DNA from: Chiloscyllium plagiosum
Lineage: Eukaryota
DNA: 64,000 nucleotides
NCBI RefSeq assembly: GCF_004010195.1
Contig: NC_057719.1
Location: 42,548,742 to 42,612,741, forward strand
Direction of reading: 5' to 3'
Shown here: one piece after another, positions 38,330-51,062 of the stretch
How the letters are laid out: each line of letters starts with the position of its first letter
Numbering within the stretch: the first letter of the stretch is position 1
Translations under genes and position numbers: made by a program
The notes under the pieces: generated by a model
Seen by the model: only the letters and a program-made list of their open reading frames with translations
Database searches by the model: none
Told to the model about the DNA's origin: nothing

Positions 38330-39120
38330 GTTTTAAGACTGCTTCTCCAACATTAGTTTTCATTTTGACTTACTTCCTCCAATTGAAAAATAGGAAGATT
38401 GAAACCATTGCCTTTGGCCCTAATTCAATACCCCTTTCTTACCTCGGTTTCAGGCTGAACCAATTGTTTACAATCAGGGCCTCCTATTTTATTCAGAGTT
38501 CAGCCTCCAATCACACATCATCTTCATCACCAAGTCTGCTGCTTTCCACATCCGTAAAATTGCCCTTCTCTGCCTCACCTTGGCATATTTGCTGCTGAAA
38601 TTCTCATCCATTATATGTTTGTTCCAGGCTGAAGTATTCAAATGCTCCCTTGGCCAGCCTCCAAGTTTCCACTGTCTATAAATTTGTGCCAGTTCAAATC
38701 TTGGTTGCCTTCACAGTCATCAGTCCTGAGTTCTGCTCACTTATTAACTCTGTGCTCACTGAGCTTAATTGTTTTCCAGTGCACTATTGTCTCAAATTAT
38801 AACACTCATCCTCATTATCTATTCCTCCATGGCCTTATTTCTCCCGATCTGTAATCTCCTCTTGTTTTAAAAGACTGAGGTTCTGTGTTGATCCAACTTT
38901 GGTCTCTTTGCATGCCCCATTGTTGTTGCCCTGACCATTGGTTTTCAGATTTCAATACCCTGAGCTCTGGAATTCCATCCCAGAACCTCTAATTTTTTTC
39001 ATCCCTTTCTCTTCCTTGAAAGATCTTCTTGAATTCTACCTCTTTGTCCAAGATTTCAATGAAACCCCCTGTATGTCCATTTTTGGCACAGCATTAGTAG
39101 TTGCCTGATTTTACTCCTGT
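38330..39120 (+). mobile_element. L2-like LINE 3' relic
   Basis: NFLQLK..KIETIAFG, SRL.YSNA.LASL and LWNSIP-like decayed phrases. Confidence 0.55.
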
Positions 39121-40079
39121 GAAAGAGTTTGGAGTTATTTACAGATTCATCATAGACAGAAATCATTTGGCCTATAAAATCTACTTTTCATTAAATATAT
39201 AATATAAATGTAAGTATATATATGTAAGTAGGGCTCTAGTAATGCAGTAATAGAGTCCCTACCTCTCTGCCATTAGGCCTAGGTTCATGTCTCACCTGCC
39301 CTAGAGGACACACCTCTGAACAGGTTGATAACAAAATATCTACAAATGTTAAGTTGCTGGTGTAACTGGAGTTTCACCTTCCCACCTTGACTGCAGTCTG
39401 TGCCACAGTTGACTACATATTGATCCTCTGACTCCTTTCCCCTACCATCCAAATGGTTAGGAGTACTCTTTCCTAGTTTAATTCTTATCTCTTCAGTCAT
39501 AGGAAGACAATGATCTGAAAAGGGTTTCTCATCCTGCCTCAATGATGTATATTTGGTAATAAAAGCAACTAAGAAGCAAAGATAGAGATCTGAAATGAAA
39601 ACAGAAAGTCATGAATAAACTCAGCAGGTCTGACAGCATCTGTGGATTCAATGAATTTTGATTTCAATAACTGTTCTTTGGAACACTGAAGCAATTTTAT
39701 TGTAAACCAAGACTGTGCTGTAAAAATTGGATCTCATCAGCAATAGTAGCCTTTTGAGAGAGAGAGATGGAACCCAAGGTATAGGAAATGAGTCTCTCCA
39801 GAGTCTCATCTTCAACATATTGGAGATAGAATACTTGGCTAACCAGGTGTATGTTGATATGAGTTTTGTTTTGGAAGCATTCAAGAACTGAGTGAGTTTC
39901 TTATCTACAGAATTAAAGAAATTTTATGTGGTATGCAAATCTGGTGTAAAGTGGACAATAACTGTAGCTCATGCATTAAACAGCTTCCCACCTAAGCCCT
40001 GTTTAGGCCCTGATCTTCGATGAGGCGAATTATCATGAAGATTGTATTTGATTTTGAAGGTATCTATTTCAGATCCTTC

Positions 40080-40560
40080 ACTCAAGACAGATGCAAAACT
40101 CAGCATATCTTTATGTGCACCAAATCTCTTTGACCCATCATCCCTACATTCATTGACCAATTGGCTCCCTGTCTGGCAACACCTCAATTTTAAAATTCTC
40201 ATCCTAATTTTAAAATTCCTCCTTACTCTTGCCCATCCCTATTTCCACCTCCTTTTCTCGATGGCATACTGTACTCCATGCGTGCTCTGAGATACTTTGC
40301 CAAAGTAGCCTCCTCCACCTCAACAATCCTCTAGATATCTGCACTCTTGTAATTCTCTAATTTTAGAACACCCAGAATTGATTGCCACTCGTTCACCTGC
40401 CAAGGCCCTGAGCTTTGGAATTCCCTCTCTAAATCTTATGCCTTATTTTTCTCTTTTAATACCTATCTCTTTTAAACATTCTTTTCATCATCTACTTCAG
40501 TTTTTATTTACGTGGGTCTATCAAATTATATTCTGTGAAATGTCTTGGAATAGTTCATTA
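40080..40560 (+). mobile_element. L2-like LINE 3' relic
   Basis: LTNWLPVWQHLNFKILIL, the L2 LHWLPV..RI.FKIL motif. Confidence 0.6.
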
Positions 40561-43500
40561 TATTACAGGTCCTTTAATTTGAAGATGGGAACTAAATTCT
40601 GTGATGAAACTTTTTCATCATCAAAGAATTCTGTCACAGTAGTTAGAACTCCCTATTTCTTTTTGTGCTTAGTTATAATGTGCCATAGATTGGTACAATG
40701 CCCACTGATATTCTACGCCTACAATTAGCAGTAAGAAAAATATAACTTGACTATGTGTCTCATTTTGCTTATTTTTCACACAGAATTTTTCAACAGCTGG
40801 AAACTTATGCCCTAGTTCCAAACCAAAACACAACCATCATCAAAGAAACTCCTTGCAGAGTATTTTAACAATAGGTCAAGAATCTAATGCATAAGCTTTG
40901 TTTTGTTAAAAATGTCATATGCTTGTTGTCATGTAAATTTAATGTTTAGGTACGTATGTTCATTTGATGTGTTGAAAAACAGTTTGTAAAAATATATACA
41001 ACCAACAGCTGGAGATATTTACTGACTTAGTGATACTTACTGGTTGACCTTCTAAAACAAGTATGATTTCTTAGTTTTCTCAATAGGTAAATGTGAGCAA
41101 ATCAAAATGTGCGCTTCAGATATTAAAGCCTTTTTTTTGTTTGCCTTTTGCAAAAAGTATGATGTTCCAAAAATATGATCTAACAGTTTGGAAGTGTTAT
41201 ACATCTAAGAGCATACATTAAATATGACAGATATATGAGAAATACAAGTGAGATACAATATATTAAGTCTGCTTTCTCCCCACACGTTGTCAGACCTGCT
41301 GAGTTTCACCAGCAATTTCTGTTTTGATGCAAATCTCCAACATCTGCAGTTCTTTAGTTTATTATACCAATCTAATAAACCTCATCTGAACAGTCCACAA
41401 AGTGGAAATTAAATATATTTACTTCTCAGCTGTAATTATTTTCAAAAAGTGTCACTCTTAATATCAATATTCAAAATCAATATTTGAAGTTTAACCTTAT
41501 TTTCCTCACACACTTTTCACCTCCTTTTCTCAATGGCATACTGTACTCCATGCGTGCTCTGAGATATTTTGCCAAAGTAGTTATCTGCAGTGACAAGTAA
41601 CAAACAATCTGACTGATTCATTCATGCACTCAGAATAGATAATGATCAGGAGAAAGAATATTGATACATTTTCTCCTCCCTTGCCATAAGACTACTGTCC
41701 TGACTGACAGCACCTAACTCACTATAGTCCTGTCTACATGATTCTGTGACATACTGCATAATCAAATAATGAGGAGTGCAACTGAATTTGGATCTAGTGA
41801 AACATTATACATGAACCAAAATGAAACCTTAAATGATTATGTGTTTCAAAGTGTCAAAGGAAGCCAGATATAAAACCACTTCCTTATATTTTTGAATCAT
41901 AATATATCTATGATAAATAATCTGTAAAAATTCATTGCTATGGGGCTTTACTTTTAGATTTCATTTTCCTTATATCATTTCTAGCCCCCTCCCCTGAGTC
42001 ACATATTACATCTTCGCCAAGATGACAAGAAGGCAATCTGTTCTCAAGCACTCTGCCAATGCCATTCTGTAACTAGCTGCTATGAGTTTGCCAAAAGTGG
42101 CTCAGGGTGTGTTTTCCTCTAATTTTCACTCTCTCTCTCGCTGGGAAGGTGGCTCTTCCAAGTAACATGGCTGAATTTGAGAACTTTCTATATAAAAAAA
42201 TCACAAGCATGAATTTGTGCCCTTACTGTGTGGCAAGGCCACAATATAATGATTCATCACACCACAACATTTTTGAATCTATAGGCCAAGATGCATACCA
42301 CAAGGACTTGCAGTATCAGTTTAATAGAACTTTACATTACTATACTTTATATTTCATCTTTCTTTTATGATTTGATATATCTGTTTGTTCATACTGATGT
42401 CTGATTTGTTTATATTCTTACACCTGACAATGTGAGCCTTCCAGTTGCAAATCCGTAGCTGAATTACAATACCTGATTGAAGACTGTATATTTCTGCCCA
42501 GAAGAGAACAAGGTACATGTAAGTTTACAAATATGAGCAGCACTTCTTTTTTGGCACTTAAACACTGAATGCTTCAAGTAGGTGTAAAAAGCAGAGAGTC
42601 GAGGAGGTCAAAGGGTACATTCTACCTAAGGTTTGACATTGCAGTGAAGTTACAATCTAGTAGGTCTCAAACCACAATGAAGTGAGGCAGGGCAGAATTG
42701 TGACAGACAGATTGGGCTGTAACATAAATAGCACTATTGGTCAGCATGCCCTTTCCTTCGCTTCATCCTTGCACCGTTTCCCAGAGGCATTATAGAGGTG
42801 TGACAAGACTACTGAATTGCAAGTAGTGGGTAGCCAATTGCTTGTTCAGGCCTATTAAGGCCTGTTGTTGGAGGCTGACTGGGATCGTCCACTCCATAGG
42901 TGGTGAGGATCTGTACAGATGCCATCAGGCAGGCTACGGTGATCAATACTGTGATGGACCTTGGAAGTCCCACTAGCCTGCCTGGCTTCAGCATCAGTGA
43001 CAACCCTCTCATCAGCAACTAGTCTGCAAATTTTTTTTGTTTTTAAACTTAAAGGGTCGGAGAGGAGAATGTTTCCATCTTGAAGCACCATCTCCCTCAC
43101 TTGCCCACCATGGATCCAGCTGCTGCTGCTTTCATACTGGAAGGCCTCCTTTTTGTTCTCCAGGTTTGAGACTGCACCAACAGTTGTCTTGGTTTGGACA
43201 CTGAGCACACCCTCTGACCATTAACTGAAAAATCACAGATGACCAACTATTCCTCACACAGTGTAAGTTTATGACCTCCATTTGAACCTTAGGCCAAGAT
43301 CCTGAAGCCCAAGAAGAAAATCCTTCGCATTGTAGAACAATTGTAATGACAGTATTGTTTTGAAATTTGAATAAATTCACAACATTAACATTTTCTTTGT
43401 GTTGGACACCTATTGGAGAATGTAAGAGCATAAGAAATAGGAACAGACATAGATGATATGGCAGCTCAACATGCTGCAAAACTCAATAAAATCGTGATTG

Positions 43501-44089
43501 ATATTCTATCTCAATTCCAAGTTGCTGCCCTGTCTCCTAATCCCTTGACTTCTTTGCTTAAATTGGTTGATGATTGAGGTTGAACAGACTATTTAAATAA
43601 GAATGTTATAATAGTCTTTTGTTCCCAAACCTATTAAAGATCATTTAGTAAAGTATTACTGTCATAGTGTATCATGGAGTGAAAAGGTATCAGTTTTGAT
43701 TTGAGTCGGATCTTAAACTTGATGCTTTCATCTTCACTTTTGGGGTGCAGTGACTATTGCTGTCTAGGTGAACATGAGATTTCTTTTACACTTTGCAAGA
43801 TTCTACAAATAGCATTTATATGGATAGAGTTGGGCAAGAATAAATATTGGACAGGAACCTGGGAGAACACTTTGTTTTCCTTTATAGTTCCATGGACCTT
43901 TCATTGAGCAATAAACACATTCCCTTAGTTAGGAAGAATGACATGGCAGTAATGGGAGAGGAGCAGCGGAAAACTGTAACTGCCAAGAAAAGTGGGATGT
44001 AACCATTAAAAGCAATCATTGAGCATTGTCCCCTTCTGTTTATGCAGTCAATTCCTGATTGGCAAGAACTAGGGAAAGAGAAGAAAAGA

Positions 44090-44320
44090 CCTGTATTGAT
44101 ATTTTGTTGGAAACTCCCTAAAGTGTTTTACAGCATTCCTTTTGAGGTACAGTGACTGTTGCTATGTTAGTAAACACAAGAGTTATTTTACACATCACAA
44201 ACAGCATTTGTTTTGGATAGATTTGGTTGATGGCAAATATTGACCAGGGAACTGGGAGAACTTCCTAATTTTTCTTCGAACAGTGGCACGCATCCTTTAC
44301 TGGGTGGCGGGGCAACAGTT
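44090..44320 (-). mobile_element. Deu-domain SINE relic (SacSINE1/AmnSINE1-like)
   Basis: Minus strand GTAAAGGATGCGTGCCACTGTTCGAAGA...AGTTCTCCCAGTTCCCTGGTCAATATTT resembles the Deu domain; a partial copy lies at about 43835-43905. Confidence 0.6.
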
Positions 44321-44479
44321 AGAAAGGATGGTACGGGGGGCGGGGGAACATAAAAATCGAAGAGAGGCATATTCACTTCACGGAACTCAACCTAATCCGC
44401 TGTGATATCTAGCTTTTTTTATTGTTTTGCTTTCAGTACAGATTCCAGCATCTGCGGTACTTTGTTTCCCCAATCATAA

Positions 44480-45830
44480 ACTGGCGTGCAGCTCTATCGG
44501 GGTGCAAGTGCTAAAATCGAATGGAACTGGGTTAAGAGTGTAACTTATGTACCCAGATGCTCGGGTGACTGCGGAGTGCAGGTAGAGCGGAGTGAGTGAG
44601 GACGTGCAGAGGGTAGTCGGTGGAGGGAGACACATGAATCCAGTGCCTTGACCTAAGAGCGCTGCTCAATAGGTAAGTATCGCGAGAGCGGGCTCCCAGA
44701 CGAGTCCTGCACTCACCAACAGTTGGCTGCGCGGCCACTAACATCTGGGCCGCCGCAGATGAAGGGACCACACGGTGGGGGGGCTGCGCAGAGACTGGCC
44801 TCATGAGCGCTCGTCCCCCCGGAGCCGACCGCCGCAACGCTCGCTCTGCCCAGGTAAGTGCAGCACACCTGGGAGAGAGGGAGGGCAGCACGCGCTCCCG
44901 GGACCAGGGCCACGCGCAGATACAGGGACACACACACACAGCCAGGCTCCTCCTGCCCAGCCCAGCCCAGCCCAGCCCAGCTCCCCAAGTTCTCATCGTG
45001 CACCGGCGGGCTTCTGCTTTGGAGTTATGCAAGTGCGCGTTGGTGTTGTTTTCCCTTCCTCTTCCCCTTTTCTCTCACTGGCTTATCACTACCGCCCCCC
45101 TAGGCCGAAGTATCAAGAGTTCCACTCGCACTTGGTAATTTTTCCAGGATATGTTTTAACTTGAGAAAGTTGTGTGCGCCCCGTTTGCAAAACAACAACA
45201 ACAACAACAAAAGCTGGAGCCAGGAGAAGGATGTAAAATTGGAACAACAGTGAACTCTCTTTCCTATCCCTCCCCCTCCGGTCGTTGGCTGCGAACTCGA
45301 GTTAAAGGAACATATGGCATTAAAGGAGCACAGCTGGAGGTAGCATTTCCATTGCCAGTGATGTCAGAGCAGCTGACTCTCCAGCTTGTTCCTGGAGTTA
45401 GTAAACCCAGTTCTCTCTCTCTCTCTCTGCTTCGAGGCCACTTTACCACAGGGTCCATTTCGGATTTCCAACCGATTTTACTCGGGTGGGTTTCAGCGAG
45501 GGGGGAGGTGGGGGGGAAGCTTTCAGGCTATTGACGCTTTTTGGGGAGGAGTGAACCAAAAGGGGGCGTGAGAATTTAGTTTTATTCAATTTGCCTGTGG
45601 TCAAGGTATTAACAGTAAACAGTTGTTTGCTCGCCATACGAGTGATCACTGACTGAACGCTCTTTTGTCATGTTGAAGTGCCAAAGTTTGGTGATTACTC
45701 GGGAAACTAATTGCTTTAAATGATCGTTACTTAATTTCCCTAATTGATAACATTTTTCTGACAGCTGTCGTGTTACAGATGCCATCTGCACGAACACTAG
45801 GTGCTCGTTATAAATCCGCGTAAGCGTTAT
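44480..45830 (+). promoter_or_regulatory. CpG island: ZBTB42 promoter, 5' exon(s) and first intron
   Basis: GC/CpG-rich; consensus donors AG|GTAAGT after 44672 and 44853; acceptor ...tctagcag| at 45938. Confidence 0.75.
44928..44980 (+). repeat. (CA)n then (CCCAG)5 microsatellites
   Basis: Read directly; (CAA)n at about 45192-45209 and (CT)n at about 45412-45429 are nearby. Confidence 0.9.
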
Positions 45831-45952
45831 GTTTATTACTGTCTCTCAATTTTAGAGTCTTAAAGCATTAATGGCGCAGTTTTTAATTGAATGCATTTCT
45901 TAGGTTGTAATTTCTGTTTCATTTTCGTGCTCTAGCAGGTTATGAAGGAAGA

Positions 45953-47374
45953 ATGGAGTTTCCAGACCATAGCCGGCAGTTGCTGCAGTGTCTGAGTCAG
46001 CAGCGTCACCAGGGCTTTCTCTGTGATTGTACTGTTCTAGTTGGAGACGTTCAGTTTCGAGCCCATCGCGCAGTGCTTGCTTCATGCAGCATGTACTTCC
46101 ATCTATTCTACAGGGACCAGCTGGACAAAAGAGACATTGTGCATCTGAACAGTGACATTGTCACAGCTCCTGCCTTTGGCCTGCTTCTTGAATTCATGTA
46201 TGAGGGAAAACTTCAGTTTAATAGTCTACCAGTGGAAGATGTGTTAGCTGCAGCCAGCTACCTTCACATGTACAACATTGTGAAAGTTTGTAAAGGAAGA
46301 TTGAAAGATAAAGAACAATGCATAGATGACAGAATGAATGGTAATGCACTTGGATCTGTGAAAGAAGAGAGTTCTTCAGAAAGCGATGAGCCAGTGACAC
46401 GCAATTGTGGCATACGGATCAAGAAAAGTTGTACTGTTGCAGATGATAAACCCACAAGCAGTGAAAAGGTTAATGGACATTGTAGAGGCTTTTCTGACCT
46501 TGTAGGTATCAATCCAGTATCTACAGAACCAGAATTATGCAATGCAGCAGCTGGAAAAACAAAGTCCAGTGTCAGTAGTTCCACAGAACCTTTGTCTCAG
46601 ACAGCTATTGACCATATCAAGGCCCCAGCTGATGTGGACTGTGCTCTAGATTTGTCTTTCAAGCCTGTGTCTGGAAGAGATTTATTTTACTCCTCCTATG
46701 TTTCTGGACAGCTGGCCTCCAACAGCCAGCAGCAGGGCACCGTACCACTTGTTGGAGATCGACAAGATTTGCTGTCAGACCAAGAAGACAGTGAAGAAAT
46801 GGATCCAGCAAGTCAGAGTGGGAATTCTGCCAGTAGTATGCTGACAGGATTTGGTCCTGTGTTTGCAGGGAATGGTGTGACACGTGCTGTAGAAGGAGAG
46901 CATGAAAAGGACGGGAGTGAGGATGATATGCCATCATCAGATATTTCAGGCAAAAAGGTGGTAATGTCGGCAGGACATATTTTTATCTGTCCTCTCTGCA
47001 GCAAAGGCTTCCCAAGCCCACATATTCTTCAGCTTCACCTGAGCACTCACTTCAGGGAAAAAGATGGCCCTCGAGCTAAAATGCCTACTGATGGCTCCAT
47101 GCCCACCTGCTCACAGTGTGGGAAAACCTTTTCCTGCATGTACACACTAAAACGTCATGAACGAACTCACTCAGGTGAAAAGCCTTACACCTGCGGTCAA
47201 TGTGGAAAGAGCTTTCAGTACTCTCATAATCTCAGCCGTCACACAGTTGTGCACACCAGGGAGAAACCACATGCCTGCAAATGGTGTGAAAGACGATTTA
47301 CTCAGTCGGGTGACCTGTATAGGCACATACGCAAGTTCCACTGTGGTCTTGTAAAGAATATTGCTATTAGATAA
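45953..47374 (+). CDS. ZBTB42: Zinc finger and BTB domain-containing protein 42 (ZBTB18/RP58 paralogue), 473 aa
   Basis: N-terminal BTB ([14 protein letters not shown]...HRAVLAS), DLS motif, four C2H2 fingers. AFGLLL, SLPVED, VCKGRL, the short C-terminus HCGLVK and AKT1 synteny favour ZBTB42 over ZBTB18 (HCELVN + tail, AKT3 neighbour). Confidence 0.9.
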   Translation: MEFPDHSRQLLQCLSQQRHQGFLCDCTVLVGDVQFRAHRAVLASCSMYFHLFYRDQLDKRDIVHLNSDIVTAPAFGLLLEFMYEGKLQFNSLPVEDVLAAASYLHMYNIVKVCKGRLKDKEQCIDDRMNGNALGSVKEESSSESDEPVTRNCGIRIKKSCTVADDKPTSSEKVNGHCRGFSDLVGINPVSTEPELCNAAAGKTKSSVSSSTEPLSQTAIDHIKAPADVDCALDLSFKPVSGRDLFYSSYVSGQLASNSQQQGTVPLVGDRQDLLSDQEDSEEMDPASQSGNSASSMLTGFGPVFAGNGVTRAVEGEHEKDGSEDDMPSSDISGKKVVMSAGHIFICPLCSKGFPSPHILQLHLSTHFREKDGPRAKMPTDGSMPTCSQCGKTFSCMYTLKRHERTHSGEKPYTCGQCGKSFQYSHNLSRHTVVHTREKPHACKWCERRFTQSGDLYRHIRKFHCGLVKNIAIR

Positions 47375-50270
47375 CATTTAGCATTAAATCTGAATATCTT
47401 CAAATTAACATTCATATCTGGAAACCTTGCATGGTTTAGGCTACAATTGTAAAGAAACAAATTCCACTGCATAGCTTTCTTGCATAAAATGTGAGAAAAT
47501 AAATCTGCTTTCAATATTTTTTAAAATCTGTTAAATTTGCAGTATTTCATAGGAAACAACCTCAGAAAATTTGGACTATTCTCTTTTCATTTCAAGAAGA
47601 TCCAATTGTAATCACTAGAGGGATGTCCCATTTCTCTTTTCTCAAAGATTCAATGATCTCCGTTCCTAAAGTTTGATTTTACTGTGTTCCTCCTCTTCCT
47701 CACCGAGCCTTTGACATTGCACAAATGTGACACCTCCAGGTATTATAATTGAATGAAAGTGATAGTTTCTGTTAAACCATTAGTGAGTCATCAAATGTAG
47801 TAACCATTATTTAAAAATCAATAAGCAACCAATTACTTGAACTGCATTTTACAGTTTAAAAATGTGCTAGCACAATAATGTTAATGCTAGCAAATGTTAA
47901 ATTGTTTGGTCTGTTAATATCTAAGCAAACACTCTAACTCCTTCAGAAATACATTTTTTGATGTACATAGATATACTTGATGGTATGACATTTCACTTAG
48001 CAACATGACCCAACACCATTCTGAATGAGAGGTAAATTAACTGTTTTGAAGTGCAGTACTGCAACTTTAACCTGTGAATGTTGGGTATGTGGTCTTAACT
48101 TCTGGAGAAATTCAGTTATGAAGTGTTGTATTTTGTTGTTTGCTGTGATTGGAATATAGCACTAAGAACAACTACTAAATGTTTCTTTCTCCTGATGAAA
48201 CTTGATACTGTATTTATAGCATTTTGATGGTTTGGGGTGCAGTGAATTTTCTGTTGTTAAAGGCTGAGTTTAGCTAATTAAAGTTGGAACTATTTCAAAC
48301 TTTAATTTTCTTAAAATATAAAAGTTTATCTTGATGCCGCAAATGGGCAATTCTATGAAAATTTGAGTTTAATGTTAAAAGATTCAAAAAATAACAAATT
48401 ACTACTGATTTTCTTTTGCGTTTTCTTATTTAACTGCATAAATTTGTGTTCTTCAAAGAATTATGTTGTTTATTATTGTTAATGGGAATTTTTTCAGTAA
48501 TGAGTTCCCTGATCTTTATTGGGTATTACTGATCCATACTGGAACAAAAAATGGTTTAGAAGAATTAAAATGTGAAATTCAATTTCTTTTGAAAACTTTA
48601 AGATAAAAAAAACCACTTGTTTAATGTATATTTTAAAAGTTGTATTGCACACTTGGAAAATATTTATGTTGCACTCTGGGTTTTCTTTGGGGTTTTGATA
48701 AATTCAATTTACCATAACTGCTTAATAAGCAGCTTCAAGGAAAATTTTAAAAACTGGAGACTAGTCATCTAACATAAAATATAAAACAGGTCAGGTCTGT
48801 AAAGAAAAAAAAAAGTTTTGTATAATCAAACAAAAACATTTTATTTATAGCTTTTTGTGGTCTTTACGAAGTTGCTGTGTATAATTCCTATCCTTGAAAT
48901 TTATTAATGGAGAGTTTTATAGTAAGAATGTAGCAGAGCCCTTAGAATGAAGTCTAATTTTTTTTACAAAACTTTTATTGCATTTTTATAATAAAATGTT
49001 TCCTGGTCTGAATTTTAACAATAGTGTTCTGTATGGTCAATAGAAGACAATCGGAAAGTGAAGGGTGGTTTTTTTTTTAATTAAACCTGTAGCGCTTAAT
49101 CAGCAAGATGTCTTTTATTTTTTTGCCCCTGTTTTTGTGTTGTAAAACTGTGACAATCGTGACTAGACTCTTAGTTTTAGCAAAATTTTTAAAAATTAAG
49201 TATATTGAGATTCCTAATTTTGTGTATGTATTTTTTTTGCTCATGGCAAAGTCTAAATGCCTGTATATTTTGTGAAGACGTGCCTTTATATATTACCTCA
49301 TTCAATGGATTGAATAACTAGTGCACGATTGCAACTTGTTCAGAAAAATTGAACAACTCCTATTAAAAAAACTGACATTTATTTGTGTGTTTTTTTTCTT
49401 AATTATAGAAAATAAGCTAATTATTTTGAATGTAGGATATTACAAATGAATAGTTGAAGTTCTCAAATCCCCATTGTGATTTTACATAATTTTTAGATTT
49501 GTTTTATTCAATGCCTTGATGGATAATTAATCCTTAAAATTGAAGTCTCAGGGTTATGACTTTTATTGATTGTTTCGCAATCTTTTGGCTTGTCTTTTTA
49601 ATTGCTGTAGAATAAACCTAGGCTATTTCACTAGTAATAAGCCTTTTCATTTGTATGTGAGAGACATCTCCAATAGTTAAATGTGCTTCCATGCTTGCAA
49701 GTTCCGTGGCAGTGCTCCTCCACTTAATGTAATAATACCATGCTAATAGGATACCTACTGCTTGTAATCCTTTCATAGTTAATTTGTTACATTCACATGT
49801 GTGCAATTAGTTTTGGGGTTTTTTCAGAAAAACTATTTACAAAATTGCTTTTGGAGCTGCACAAAAATTATTTTGGATTGCTGTCTAATAGTCATTCTTC
49901 CAGTAAATCTAGTTTTTCCAGTTTTTGTAGTCATTTTGTTAGAGGTCTCCGGGGGTTCTACAAGCAATACTCATTGTACATATTACCATCAAATTTAATA
50001 CACTTTATTTGCATGCGTATATGCTGAATTGCTTTCTTGTTAATCCCTCGTTACTGTACCTGGTATATTGGAGAATGGTAATGACCTTTATTAACAAAAA
50101 TATTGAGTTGTGTAATGGCTAGAACCATTTATTAATGGCCATTTCTTGTCTTCACAAATGGCACAAATAATCTTTTTTGTATTGAATTTACTAGATGTGA
50201 TGCAAAACAAATTCATGCAGACTTTTTTCTACCAAATAATTAATTTGATTGGATATTGGAATAAAGTGTT
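47375..50270 (+). other. ZBTB42: Putative long ZBTB42 3' UTR
   Basis: AT/U-rich with no recognisable TEs for about 3 kb; AATAAA at 48990, 49611 and 50260; end point uncertain. Confidence 0.55.
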
Positions 50271-50564
50271 GCAGTGGAGTTTGCAACTTCTGATCTCATT
50301 CTCATCTTTAATGAGAAGCAAGGTTAGATAGAGGTTATCGTGGATTATTGTGCAACATTAAGTTCTTTAATGACAAATGGACGGAAGGACCATTGTGTTG
50401 ATTTGGTGGTTTGGGGGGGAGGGGGTGGAGCCACAGAGGTCATTTTTCATTTTGCAAATTAAGCTACAATATTGACAACTTAATTCACCTATTGGGTCTA
50501 TAAAAATGCAACCTAAAATAAGTACTGCTCATCTAGCGTTAATAACCTAGCCAATATAATGAAC

Positions 50565-50960
50565 ATATTTGCATTTACTTAGCACCTTTTTAACATTTTC
50601 TAAAGATTTAAAAGTAGTTAATTGAAGCACTTTGGAAGTGCAGTCACTGTAATACTGCTGCAGCCAATTTTCACCCACAATGCTCTCCATACAGTAACAA
50701 GATAAATGATTGGATAATCTGTTTTGGCGATACTAGTTGAGGAATAAATGTTGGGCAGGGCTTCAGGTGAACTCCCCTGATCTTTGAATGTTGTTTTAGG
50801 ACTTTTATTGTTCACTTGAAAAAGCTGGCAGAGCCTTTGTTTAACATCTCATTTGAAGGTTGACATTCCCAGCATTACGATAGTGTCTATGCTAATTGCA
50901 AGGCAAGAATGTGTGCTCTTGTCTCTGGAGTGGTGTTTGAGCTGTTGCTTCTGACTCCAG
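50565..50960 (-). mobile_element. Deu-domain SINE relic
   Basis: GTTGAGGAATAAATGTTGGGCAGG...TTTAACATCTCATTTGAA is the reverse complement of the Deu domain, with an L2-like tail and tRNA-like head. Confidence 0.6.
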
Positions 50961-51062
50961 TTTCTGATATATATTTCCTTAATGTTATATTAATCTTTAA
51001 ACGTTCGTGTTCAAAATACTACAAAATATAACTTTGCCACTCTTGTAGCTTCATGCCATTTG

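Noticed and set aside
44532..45534. Several overlapping ORFs of 80-166 aa
   Set aside because: Expected in GC-rich CpG-island sequence with microsatellites; no domain signal.
45953..47374. Call as ZBTB18
   Set aside because: It lacks the ZBTB18 C-terminal tail, has ZBTB42-type residues, and the neighbouring AKT exon has WLHKR rather than WVQKR.
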